NCBI GenBank assembly: GCA_964106645.2
Contig: OZ067038.1
DNA length: 64,000 bases
Direction: 5' to 3' (one strand)
From: Podarcis pityusensis
Lineage: Eukaryota
Positions 52,985 through 63,800 of the stretch are shown here, one piece after another. Within the stretch, counting starts at the first letter, position 1; every line of letters begins with the position of its first letter. Position numbers and translations under genes: made by a program. Below the pieces are notes generated by a model that saw only the letters and a list, made by a program, of their open reading frames with translations, did no database searches and was not told where the DNA came from.

Positions 52985-53145
52985 GGGGAAGGGCCAGAGC
53001 TCAGTGGGAGAGAATCCACTTTGCATGCAGAAGGTTCCAGGTTCAACCTCTGGCTTGGGAAAATTCCTTGTTTGAAACTCTGGAGAGCTACTTGCAGCCA
53101 ATGTAGACAATATTGAGCTGGATGGACTAGCGGTCTGACTCTGTT
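52985..53145 (+). mobile_element. tRNA-Ala-like SINE
   Basis: gggccagagctcagtgggagagaatccactttgcatgcagaaggttccaggttcaacc head with a TGC anticodon loop, followed by the SINE body. Confidence 0.75.
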
Positions 53146-53979
53146 CCGATGTTATCTGAGAACAGCTCACACTTGCAAAGACGTTAGGCTGTCTGGACTA
53201 TTTATATGGGGTGTCTTTGGGTTGTCTACAAATGCAGCAACCTGAAGCGGCCGGATCCTGAGATAGTAGTGCCACCCCAGAGTGTAAGTCAGGGAGTCCT
53301 TTATTGAAAAATGTTTCCCCATATTAAAATCCCTGTAGGGGGAAAAATAGTTTATCAGGGATAAAAATTATAGCTCAACCCATTTCCTGCATTGTTGGTT
53401 TTCTTCTTGTGAGAAATCTTTAAGCACAGGTGGGCATTAACAAATGCCACTTGCAGTCTAAAGTGGTCAGTGGAGGCTAACCCACTAGGGACAATGGAGC
53501 ACTGCCTCACCAACCTCAGTCTGCCCTCAGCCACCACCCACCTGCCTGATTTCTTACCTACAACCAGTCCAGAGCATGGCACTGGCTGTCAGCACCTTCC
53601 TCCTTAGCCTCATGGTTGTCCTTGTAGAACTTGGAAGGTGGAAGGATGGGCTTAAAACTAGAATGAATTGGCCGTGGCGCCACCTACTGTTGGTCTCCTT
53701 GCCTTCTGCCCTACCACTCCCAAAGGGAGCAAGCCAACACTGAAAGCAGTGCAATCGATTCTCTCACCTCAGAACTCTGCCCCCTCATGCCCACCTTAGT
53801 GAGCTGCGCTTGTGGGCCAGGCCTGCATGAGTTCTGTGGAGAGGTCATTTTCGAAGATGGAGCATGAGGTATAGCTTTCCTGAGAAAGCCCCCAGGACAT
53901 CTCTGCTCAACTCTGCTCTCCATTAAGAATGGCATGGCAGACATGCCCCATTTTCCAGCTCTGTGTCTGGACAGGCTGA

Positions 53980-54633
53980 TAAGACTCAGACGGGCAGCCC
54001 GTTTGCATAAGGAATTTGCAATGTTTTATTTCACCCTCCCCTCCAAGAAACAATCCATTCTGTCGCCGCCCCTTGGACTCCCACTCTGATTCTTCATATG
54101 GGCTAGCTTATGAATGCCATGCCCTTTAAAGCCGAAGGAGGGAAAAAGAGCCCCGCACAGCTAGTGGTGTTGTTTTTGGGCGTGTGTGATGTTGTACTTG
54201 GACAGTGATGCATTGACGGGTGGGGTGGGGGGGGGAGAGAGGCTGTGCTAATAAGGTGGAGATTGGGAAGGAAAATCCCTTTCGAGTCTGAAAGCTTTTT
54301 CCTCTCTGCTTAATCACACTGCACACCCTGCTCTCCCAAGCTCACCACCCCAGAAAGCCCCAGACAAGCAGGTCTGCCTCCCCTTTCACCGATGTCTGAA
54401 ATCAAGACCTTGGCTCCTCTCCATCTTCAACAGAATACTGTGTAACTTCTTCCTCCTCTCTGCCAGCTTTGACTAACAGCATCTGCACTGGCTAACTTTT
54501 GCACAAACAATTGCTGCTTCTTACTTCACTATGGCAGAAGGAGAAGCTCACTAAGGTGAGGCCAAGAGTTTCCTGTCCCTTGGATGTAGTAACCATCTTG
54601 GAGGTGCAATTTGAGATAGAACAGCGCAGCGAG
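53980..54633 (+). promoter_or_regulatory. Promoter/5'UTR region of the MDFGSVMNQ exon
   Basis: Lies directly upstream of a first coding exon. It has a GC box (CCGCCC, ~54066), a G-run cluster (gggtggggtggggggggg, ~54218-54235) and several CpGs, and is free of recognisable transposons. Confidence 0.5.
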
Positions 54634-54660
54634 ATGGATTTTGGAAGCGTAATGAACCAG
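54634..54660 (+). CDS. TNS1: Tensin-1 alternative first coding exon (MDFGSVMNQ)
   Basis: gagATGGATTTTGGAAGCGTAATGAACCAG|gtacta has a good Kozak context (G at -3 and +4) and a phase-0 donor. The peptide matches the first 9 residues of chicken tensin (MDFGSVMNQAATPC...) as recalled from memory. Confidence 0.88.
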
Positions 54661-54821
54661 GTACTATTTATCTGTCTTTTTTCTCCCCCTCCCCTGATTT
54701 AATAGGGAAGTTGGGAGAAGTGTCAGTGGGAAATCAGAAGAACTGCTTGAAAGTGAGTGAAGAAGTGTATTTAGTTTAATCACAAAAATTCTAGGGGCTA
54801 GAAGTATACAGGGATTATAAA

Positions 54822-55034
54822 ATGAGTTGCAAAATGGTGACAGCTAAAAAAACCAGCTGGGCATTTGGGGAAAGCATTAAACATCTGAAGAAAGTTAGGT
54901 ATATGCTGTTGAAGGATTATGTTCTGTACCGTTCTTCTGTTCCCATAGTAATCTATTTTCAGTTCAGTGTGCTTCTGTGTTCTCTCCTTTTTATTGGGAC
55001 AGGCGTATCTTTCCTTCGGTATGTAAAGGAGATG
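54822..55034 (+). CDS. TNS1: Candidate tensin-1 alternative first coding exon encoding a hydrophobic (membrane-anchor-like) N-terminus
   Basis: ATG-initiated, 71 codons (MSCKMVTAKK...FLRYVKEM), ending at ATG|gtctgt. The donor is phase 0, like the neighbouring MDFGSVMNQ exon and the C1 exon. It contains an uncharged 26-aa stretch, VPIVIYFQFSVLLCSLLFIGTGVSFL. Confidence 0.6.
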
Positions 55035-56275
55035 GTCTGTCATTCAGTACCCATAACCCTGCTAGCACCACTGTTAGCTGGCATAAAGGAATATACTGTA
55101 GCAGGCAAGTTTGATGGGGCAGTTTTGGATTCAGCACTGTGAAAGTGAGGAGGAGAAGGTGGGTGCCGGCACATAAACTCTGCCCCCTCCACCTGTTGGC
55201 TCATCAGTTTGGTAAGGATTATGGGGCAAATAATTGGAAGGAGCGTGTAAGGCGTTTGCAGGCAGCAATCAGAAGAAAGTGCTAAAGTTAGATTTCAAAA
55301 GGGTGACGTTCTTTTATATCGGAAGGAGATGTGTACAGCAAAATTCAGATTTGACCACTTTCCTAAATCCCCAGCATAGAGACATGTACACACATCACTT
55401 GCCAAGTCTGATTAACTTTACCATCAGAGCAGAAGTGATCCTTGTCATTGATTGTTCATTATGCGCGATTGTGGAATTTTTTTTGGGTATCATGTTCATA
55501 TATTTAGTAAGCACTTCAGTGGTAGAATCAGTATGTCACATGAACTGCAGGTAACATTAGCTTTGATTTTTAGTAGCAATTGTAAGGAGCTAAAGTTGTC
55601 ACAGCTGAAAGTCAGAGTCAGCTGCAGGTCCAGATTTTTACTGAATAATTCCTCAAAGCACATGGATTCAAACTTGCTCATAATTTCAGCTCTGGTTTGT
55701 GTTCCTTGCTTTAAGTCTTAACTGAAGCTCTTCATTAACCAGGCTGCAGGGATCCACTATCCAATGCATATTTGCAATCTTTTTGTAAAGCTCTCCCAAT
55801 CTACCTTCTATCCAGAGAGCAGTAACTCCAGCCTTTAACACCAATGTCTACACTCTGTGAGGGTTTTGTTAGGAAAGAGATGGGATAATTCTGACCGTTT
55901 TCCAGACTGGGGTATCCATGGCTGGCACCGTCTCTTTCTGCCTTCGATGTCAGGTCCTGCAGTAATTGTTCTTCTGGTTAATGAATGCCAGCACAACTTG
56001 GTGGCATGAAATTCAAGAACCCAAGTTGCAGAAATCCAGAATTCTTCTCCATCTCCTCAGCATGGCAAGTATCCGTGCTGTACCCCAGATGCTCTGATTT
56101 TTCTTAGGAGACTTATCAAGAGAGGCTTGACAGTCCAAGAGAAAGCTAGGCTAACGCAATGGTATGTCTGGCTTGATTTCACACTCTGAGCAGAGCTTTC
56201 AGCACAGATGGATTTAGGCTTGGTCCGCAATCTGTTCTTTGAAAAAGGAAACAGCCTTTGCAAGCCTGGAAATGG

Positions 56276-56368
56276 ATGCGTCATCCTACAAAAAAAGCAA
56301 AACAAAGGCCGCTGTCGGAAGCTTCTCATGACCGGCCGGAGGCTACAGAAATCAACAAGCTCCAGGCA
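56276..56368 (+). CDS. Weak candidate alternative first exon (MRHPTKKAKQRPLSEASHDRPEATEINKLQA)
   Basis: ATG-initiated, CpG-rich segment with possible phase-0 donors CAG|gcagtc (after 56365) or GCA|gtctgt (after 56368). Both donors are weak. Confidence 0.25.
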
Positions 56369-56929
56369 GTCTGTGCATAGTACATGTTAGAGAGAGAAAA
56401 GCTTAGGAGTAACTGCATGTTGTGACATGAATCTTGGGCATATTGGAGAGCATTCTAGGTTGCAGGGGGAGGAATCCCTCACCCAACAGAGGTTAGCCAA
56501 GGGGTCATTTTTCTCAGGCAGAAGGACTCACTAATACAGGCTGGTATGCAGGTATGTGGTGAGATGTTCAATGTTTATCCACTAAATCAACATCAGTGAC
56601 TACAACCTCTGAGCCCAGGCACAATGATAAACACAAGAGCACCAAACATTATATGGAAAAAAGTTCAACTACAGTCAAACAATGGACACATTTCAGAAAA
56701 GGGTAAGCACACTAAAATCCTTCTGAGATAGATGGGCTTTTAAGTTCTGATCTGTGTGGTTTATGTTGCATTAATGTCAATTAAACAGAAACATGTCAAG
56801 CTTTGCTTGGAGTGATTCCTGTGCGTTCAGCAACAGAGTTCAGTATACCACATCCTTCAACATTTGATGGACATTTGCTTTGTATTATGGTCCCAATTCA
56901 GATTTAGTCAGGTCCTGGGTGGAGATGTG

Positions 56930-57070
56930 CACCCTCTGTTCTCAACCTTTGGGTCCCCAGATGTTGTTGGGCTACAACTCCCATCATCCCTGAGCTCTGG
57001 CCTTGCTAGCTAGGGGTGATGGGAGTTGTAGTTCAACAACATCTGGGGACCCATAGGTTGAGAAAGGCTG
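56930..57070. mobile_element. Palindromic hAT MITE
   Basis: Fold-back pair ttctcaacctttgggtccccagatgttgttg / caacaacatctggggacccataggttgagaa. Confidence 0.85.
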
Positions 57071-57113
57071 AATAAAGAGACAATTTCTTTTGCAAGGTTT
57101 TATACTTTTGTTA

Positions 57114-57352
57114 GGGACAGGGGTGGCGCTGTGGGTTAAACCACAGAGCCTAGGACTTGCCGATCAGAAGGTCGGCGGTTCGAATCCCCGCGACGGGGTG
57201 AGCTCCCGTTGCCCGGTCCCTGCTCCTGCCAACCTAGCAGTTCGAAAGCACACCGAAGTGCAAGTAGATAAATAGGTACCGCTCCGGCGGGGAAGGTAAA
57301 CGGGGAAGGTAAACGGAAGGAAGGTAAACGGGGAAGGTAAACGGAAGGTAAA
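57114..57352 (+). mobile_element. Sauria SINE, 5' half, ending in a tandem GGAAGGTAAA array
   Basis: gggacaggggtggcgctgtgggttaaacc...ggttcgaatccccgcgacgg, CpG-rich and therefore young. The 3' half is absent. Confidence 0.9.
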
Positions 57353-57508
57353 TCTTCCATCATATTGTCCAAGCAGGCACTGTTTGCAGGTGACTGGGTA
57401 CCCACATTTAGGCAAAAACCAACCCCCTCCCAAACCCATGCACGTTAGCTTACCAGTGCACATATAGTAATTGAGAAATGAAGCTATAGTTGAAAAGACA
57501 GGACCTGT

Positions 57509-57870
57509 GTAAGGTAAAGGTAAAGAAACCCTGGACGGTTAAGTCCAGTCAAAGGCAACTATGGGGTATGGTGCTCATTTCCCTTTCCAGGCCGAGGGAG
57601 CCGGTGTTTGTCCACAGCTTTCTGGGTCATGATTAAATCACTACTGGCACACGGAGGACCATGACGAATGCCAGAGTGCACAGAAACACTGTTTACTGTT
57701 CCACTGCAGCGGTACCTATTTATCTACTTGCCCTGGTATGCTTTTGAACTGCTAGGTTGGCAGAAGCTGGGACAGAGCAATGGGAGCTCATCCCATCACT
57801 CAGATTTGAACTGCCGACCTTCCAATCAGCAAGCCCAAGAAACTCAGTGGTTTAGACCACAGTGCCACCA
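57509..57870 (-). mobile_element. Sauria SINE, near full length, older copy
   Basis: (AAAGGT)n tail at the left, ggtacctatttatctacttgc...tttgaactgctaggttggcag, and head ...tttagaccacagtgccacc at the right. Confidence 0.88.
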
Positions 57871-58104
57871 GCACCTTTCCCCCAAATCATTGTAGATGTG
57901 TTCATGAAGCCAGTCTTCCTGCATAGGAGGAATGCTGTGAGACAGCTATGTGGTTTTAACCCATGTTTGGAGTTCACCGTATTTCTAGGGTGGGTTGAGG
58001 GGAGAAAGCTTCAGCAAAACACTTAACAAAGGGCTAGAGTTCTTTATAATAAATCTGCCTTGGCAATTAAAGCAGTGTGCTTGGGGCATTGTTTTGTGGA
58101 AGGG

Positions 58105-58506
58105 TGTAACATTAATGAGACTTCCTGGGGCTGGGTGAACTCTTTGGGAAGTGTGTTTATTTTCTGCTTGTTTGGACTGACTTCCCTTGGCTATCTCTTT
58201 GGACCATCCCATGCTTCCCATTAGCTGCTCTAGCCACTGTTGTCTTCATTGTGTATTTCTCCAGTGTGTTGCTGAATACCTTTGTTGACATGTCAACACT
58301 GGGACTTCTGCACAAGCATAAAAAGGGCCCTAAGTATTAGAAGGCACTCTACTCTCTTGAGATAGATGGTTAATAATTGGGATGGGGACAGAGCAGGGAT
58401 ATCAGTTCCTAGAACTGCCGAGCAAGAAGAAATCTCTTTAATCCTCCATCTCAAACTTGCTGGGGCAGGGGGTGAGTTCTTTAATTTCTCACTATGCCAG
58501 ATCCAG
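58105..58506 (+). repeat. Copy 1 of a diverged ~400-bp direct duplication
   Basis: Aligns by eye with 60465-60868, e.g. ctgggacttctgcacaagcataaaaa and aataattgggatggggacagagcagggatatcagttcctaga are identical. Confidence 0.9.
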
Positions 58507-60464
58507 GGTGGCAAAGCAGAGGACCATGAGAATCAGCTCTTTAGGGGGTTTTGGAGGACTGTGGATCAACCAGATCCAAATCCACTGGCACCCCTCTCCT
58601 GAAATACCTTGTATGGGGGATTTTTGATTACTATTACTGGTGGGAGAATCACAGTTTTCAGCCTGTGTGGGTGAAACTGGAGTCTCTGCTGTGGTGGAGC
58701 CCTCCATTCACCCATGGCAAATGATGGCACTCTTCTGCACTGATGGGGGCTATTTGGGATGCAGTTACACACAATCCTCTTCCTCCCAGCCATTAACAGC
58801 AGGGAGCAGGTTGGGTCTGCACTTTAAACGTTTTCACTTTCATTTAAATGCATCTGTTAAAATTTAATCATGGGCATGTGTACCTGTATAACAGTGCAGA
58901 ATCAGCAAACTGAAACATTATTTGGTTTAATGAGACTATAAGCCCTTTCCCCATGTCCTCCTCCACCTCGTCCTTTAGAAAAACTTCCAGTGCATATAAT
59001 GGAAGATAATAATTTCTAGTCCTTACAAAACGGTAGAAGAAAAAGAGTGAATTCTTCTGACTGCTTGTACTGATGAAGGCTCTGAAGTCAAAGAGCTAAA
59101 CATTGCAACTTCTTGCCCCCACCCCCTTGTGGTTCTAAGTCTCTTTCTTTGCTCCTGCCCCTCTTGGCCTTAGACATCCTTCTCACTTTCTTTGCCACCT
59201 CTCCCCCAAGACATTGGCAATGTATTCTGCATAAGTCCAAGGCCTGTGTTAAGATCAAACAGTAGCTTCAGTGAGGGACATATCCATGTTTGCAGACATT
59301 TCTGAGTGTTGCATAAAGCCTGAATTGCACCTTATTAAAATGAGAAGCGGTTCCCCCTTATTCTATCCTCAGCACCTGCAGAAAACAAGTGATCTCTGTT
59401 CTCTTTCACATAGTAGAAAACAATTACCTTATCTTACTTCTATATTCTTTACTTGAGCCTAAGCCTAATCAATTCCATCCTAGTTTCTGCTCAAAGCTGG
59501 AAAATATGAACTCTAAGACTGCTTTCTTTACTTTTTGGTCCCCTTGGTTCTTTTCCCACCAGGTGTAAACCATGCAACTGGCTGCTGTCTTCTACATGGG
59601 GGTGGCCTGGCATTTAAAGATGTTTGAGACCTGCCAGTGGTATTTGCCTCTGGAGACAGACCTCCTTTCCCAGGCCTGCTGGTTCTTGCAATATCTTAGT
59701 TGAGATCTAATAACAGCAAGTTACTTTTGGTCTGAGGTTGAAGTGAGTTTTGCAGGCAGCGCTGTGCTTACATACTGCCAAGTGTAACTAAGCAGATGCC
59801 AATAACTAAGTAGTATCGGAGCCCGTAATGCCTCCCTGCCCACCCAGATGCACTCTGGGAAATCATACATAGATATCTATATCTTCAAGGAAGCTGTTTG
59901 TTTGCTAAATGTATGCATTTCCCTTTCAACATACAATGTTTGTGCCTTCCAGCTCTTTTGCTTTTTCACACTCTAATCTCTATGTGTATCCATAGGTTCT
60001 GTTTTTCTCTTGCTGGGAGTGTAAATGGATTCTCTCCCACTGTAGAGATGGCTTTCTCCCGTCCTTTCTCTAAGGAGCTCAGGATGGCAATACATGAGGC
60101 TTTTCCCTATTTTACCACAGGGAGGGTTAGGTTAAGAAATGGTGATTGGCTCAATATCACCTAGAGAGGGTCATGGCTAGTTGTGGAGGTGAGCATGGGT
60201 CCCTCCAGATCAAGACACTTTGGTCTAGTCAGTGCACCACACTGACTCTTTTCAGGTCTCCAGTTGTGTACTTCATACACACAAATAGCCAGTACTCACC
60301 ACATGGAGACTTGTGGAAATGTTGCTGTGCGACAGCATCACACTCCTTGTGACAGCTGACACTGGCAAGGAAACTCTCTTGGTTTGGGCAATCCATGTGG
60401 TGTGTGACCCTTGCATTTTTCAGCCATTACCTGGCACCTTTGTTTTCAACAAAAGCTGTCTCGG

Positions 60465-60868
60465 TGTAACATTTCTCATTGTGGAAGACACACTGAGACT
60501 TCTTGGTACTGGATGAACTCTTTGGGAAGTGTCTTTTATTATTTTCTGCTTGTTTGGACATACTGCACTAGGCTATCCCTGGGTCATCCCATTCTTCCCG
60601 TTAGCCGCTCCAGACACTGTTGTCTGCATTGTGCCTCTCCAGTGTGTTGTTGAATAATTTTGTTGACCTGTCAATACTGGGACTTCTGCACAAGCATAAA
60701 AAAGGCTATAAGTATACCTCTCTTGAGACAGGTGTGGTAAATAATTGGGATGGGGACAGAGCAGGGATATCAGTTCCTAGAGCTGCCGAGCAAGAAGGAA
60801 TCCTCTGCCATCTCAAACTTGCTGGGGCAGGAAATGAGTTCTTTAATTTTCCACTGTGCCAGGTCCAG
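60465..60868 (+). repeat. Copy 2 of a diverged ~400-bp direct duplication
   Basis: Aligns with 58105-58506. Both copies give the peptide VNNWDGDRAGISVPR in the ORF track. Confidence 0.9.
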
Positions 60869-63800
60869 ACTGTGTTGCAGAAGTGGGGGTTATTGGGGCT
60901 TCAAGGTGAAGCCTCTCGCATGACACAGTGTTGTCAACACTTTTGAACATGTGCATCAGGCCTGGTGCCATGGAGGGGAACTATATTAATATGATCAGGG
61001 ATGTGTACATGCATTCCGTTACCCTGGCCCTGTCTGGGAGTGCACTGTTTGTTTGTTTTTGCACGCCCAGGGTGAGAACCAGGTGGCTAACAGGCACGCT
61101 GGTTGGCACTACTGAGACTGCTTGGCAAGGCTGTGCTGAGTCATTGAACGGTGTTTGGGTGGATTGACCATGACTCCCTGCCTGGGTTTCCATTAGGCTG
61201 TATAGATCCAAGAAATCGTCCCAGGCTAGAAAGGGAGGAGGAGACCATAGGCGTACACTGCCACTGAGCTGTTGGGTCTGGCATCATCAGAAAGTTGGCT
61301 ACAGGCTTCTGCTTTCTTGGAAGGGGTTCTTGGCAACATTTCTGTTTGTTGCAAAAGCAGCACTTCCTGGTGCAATTTTATTTTTTTAATTGTAGCATGG
61401 ACATGCTTCGTTGTTACATATGTTTTGTGAATGCTAGCACCAAGGAGTTCCAGGAACAAAGTTGGGAGTCCAGTGTGCTGATAACTGTTGGTTCAAACAT
61501 TTGAAAGCAGATCACAGCTCACTCACTGAAGGACTCCCAGCATTACGAAAGTGCTAGAGGATATAAAGGACAATTGGAGGAAGCACAATATTATTCTTCT
61601 GATTTATGCAGTGCTATCAGTGTACATGGTTTGGTGCATCATAAACACAAAAGACAGGTCTCTGCCCCAAGAAGCTTTCACTGGAGAAGAAAGCAGAGGG
61701 AAGGAAGGAGAGAAAGCCAAGGGTAACAAGTTATGGCTCGGTGACAGCAAATGAAGGACTTAAGCAATGGTGTGAAGGAGAAGTGTGCTGTAGGCAATGT
61801 GACTAATTTGCATTATACTTGGGAATATTGACAAGCACTCACTGGGGGGTCAGGGTGCCAGTCCCTGGAAAATTCCATGAGGGTAGCCATGTCTGGAGTA
61901 ATGTTAGGGCCAGCTGATTTATCGTTATGTGAATTTCCATTGGCAGCTACATACTTCTTTATCAGATGCATTTAGTGAGGTGAGAATGTGGCAGGTAGGT
62001 GTGTGCAACACATGGCTGGAGGTGTTTGTAGATCAGCTCTGTAACATGGGAACTCAAGATGTCTGGAAAAAGCACCCTGGTGGAGGCAGCTCAAGGTGAA
62101 TGCAGTAGATTAGCTTAACATTTGTTGAAACAATGTAGCATGAATGCTAAACATGAATGCGCTAAAACAGCCAGCCTGGGAAGCAGCTATTTTTGTTCAA
62201 GCCTAAGGCCAGAGACAGGAGACTCTTGTTCATCTGAAAAGTAACAGATAAAACCTAGTGGAAGGGTAAATGACAGGTCAAAGGCATCAAACTTTGCACT
62301 GGCCTTTTCCTCACCGCTGTGGCCAATTCTAGTCTGGGATTTGGCTCTGCGTGTGTGTGACAGGTAAAACCTGTCTTTGCTGCAGACATAAGTAGGATTC
62401 CCTCAGGCTGTGTGCTGGCCTGGAATAAGTGGATGAAGTCAATTTGGGTTTCCCACCCTCATCCTGAGCAAGACCTTGGCTACTGGGGGTCAATGCCTCA
62501 GCTTGGAAAATAGGATGCAGGCCAGGAAGTGAAACCCATAAGGTAAGGCAGGTGTTTGTAGATTAGACCCCCCACCATCTTCAGATGTCAGCTGGCAGCT
62601 GCTGCCAGGGAAAAAATAAAAGCTGGTAAATCATTTATCTAGACAGGCAGACATAGCAAACTCTAGATGAGTTTAGCTGGGAGAGTTGGCGCAAAGGGAA
62701 TTTGATTAGCATACTAAGCAGGCAGAAATCTACAGGTGACTTTGTCTTCTCTCTCACATTTTCTTCAAAAAGTAAAAACTCAGGGGTGCACATGTGCATT
62801 TTAGAATTAGTTTGCCAGGTAGAGAGCTTCCCATAACTCCCACCTTGTAGCTGCTTTTTAGAGCATTACCTGCTTTCTTATCATGTGTACCAGTTAGTAT
62901 TCACAGCTAGCTGACTGGTAAAAAATAACCTTTTGGGTGAGAGGAACATTAACTGCTTTGCTAGCATATGTTGAGATTTGAAATTCTGGAAAAGGGTGTA
63001 ATTTGGATTTATCTTTGTATTGACCTCTGGAAAAGACACAGGCTTCTGATCTGTTGAAATATAAGTGTGTACATACCATAGTTCTTAGCAGCCTTTCAAA
63101 AAAGTCTATAAAAGTAATGAGTGTATCAAAATATTTACTAGACCACTTGTACTGTATCCATATTAGTAACTGTACTTTGTTAAGGCTTGCTGGGAATTTT
63201 AACTTGGTGAGGGATACACTATCTTGCCCAGAATTCTTTGGGTGAAAGAATATAGTGTTTATGCAGCTAGGTTTACTTGAAGGGAACAACTACAGTTGCT
63301 GTTAAAAGTTGATGTCACTGTGTCTGCCTGGGAAATCACTTGAAGGGGCAGGAAATGAATGTAGGAGAGAAGCTGTACTCTCCCCCACCCTCTCCCTCCC
63401 TATGTAAATATTTATGTGAACTGCCCCAGGTTTTATGGCTAGGTCAGCTTTTAAGCCTAAATATGTGTATAAATGTCAGTAAGTCCATTTGGATTTTGCA
63501 TAAATAAGCATATGTGTGCAAAGGCAGGCAAGCGTGCTCCCATGTAAGTCATGCTCAGACCCCCCTTGTTCCTAAATGTGAAGGAAAAGGCAGATCCACA
63601 TGAAACATCTGAAGCTCATTTAAATCACACGACTTCCCCAGAGCATCCTGGGAACTGTAGTTAGTTCAGGGTACTGGGAATTGTAGGTTATTGTGTGTGT
63701 GTGGGGGGGGGAGAACTGCAGCTGCCAGGATTCTTTTGGAGTGCCATGTGCGTAAACATGGGATTATGTGGGGCAGGGTTCTGTGGAGGAGTGGATTCAG

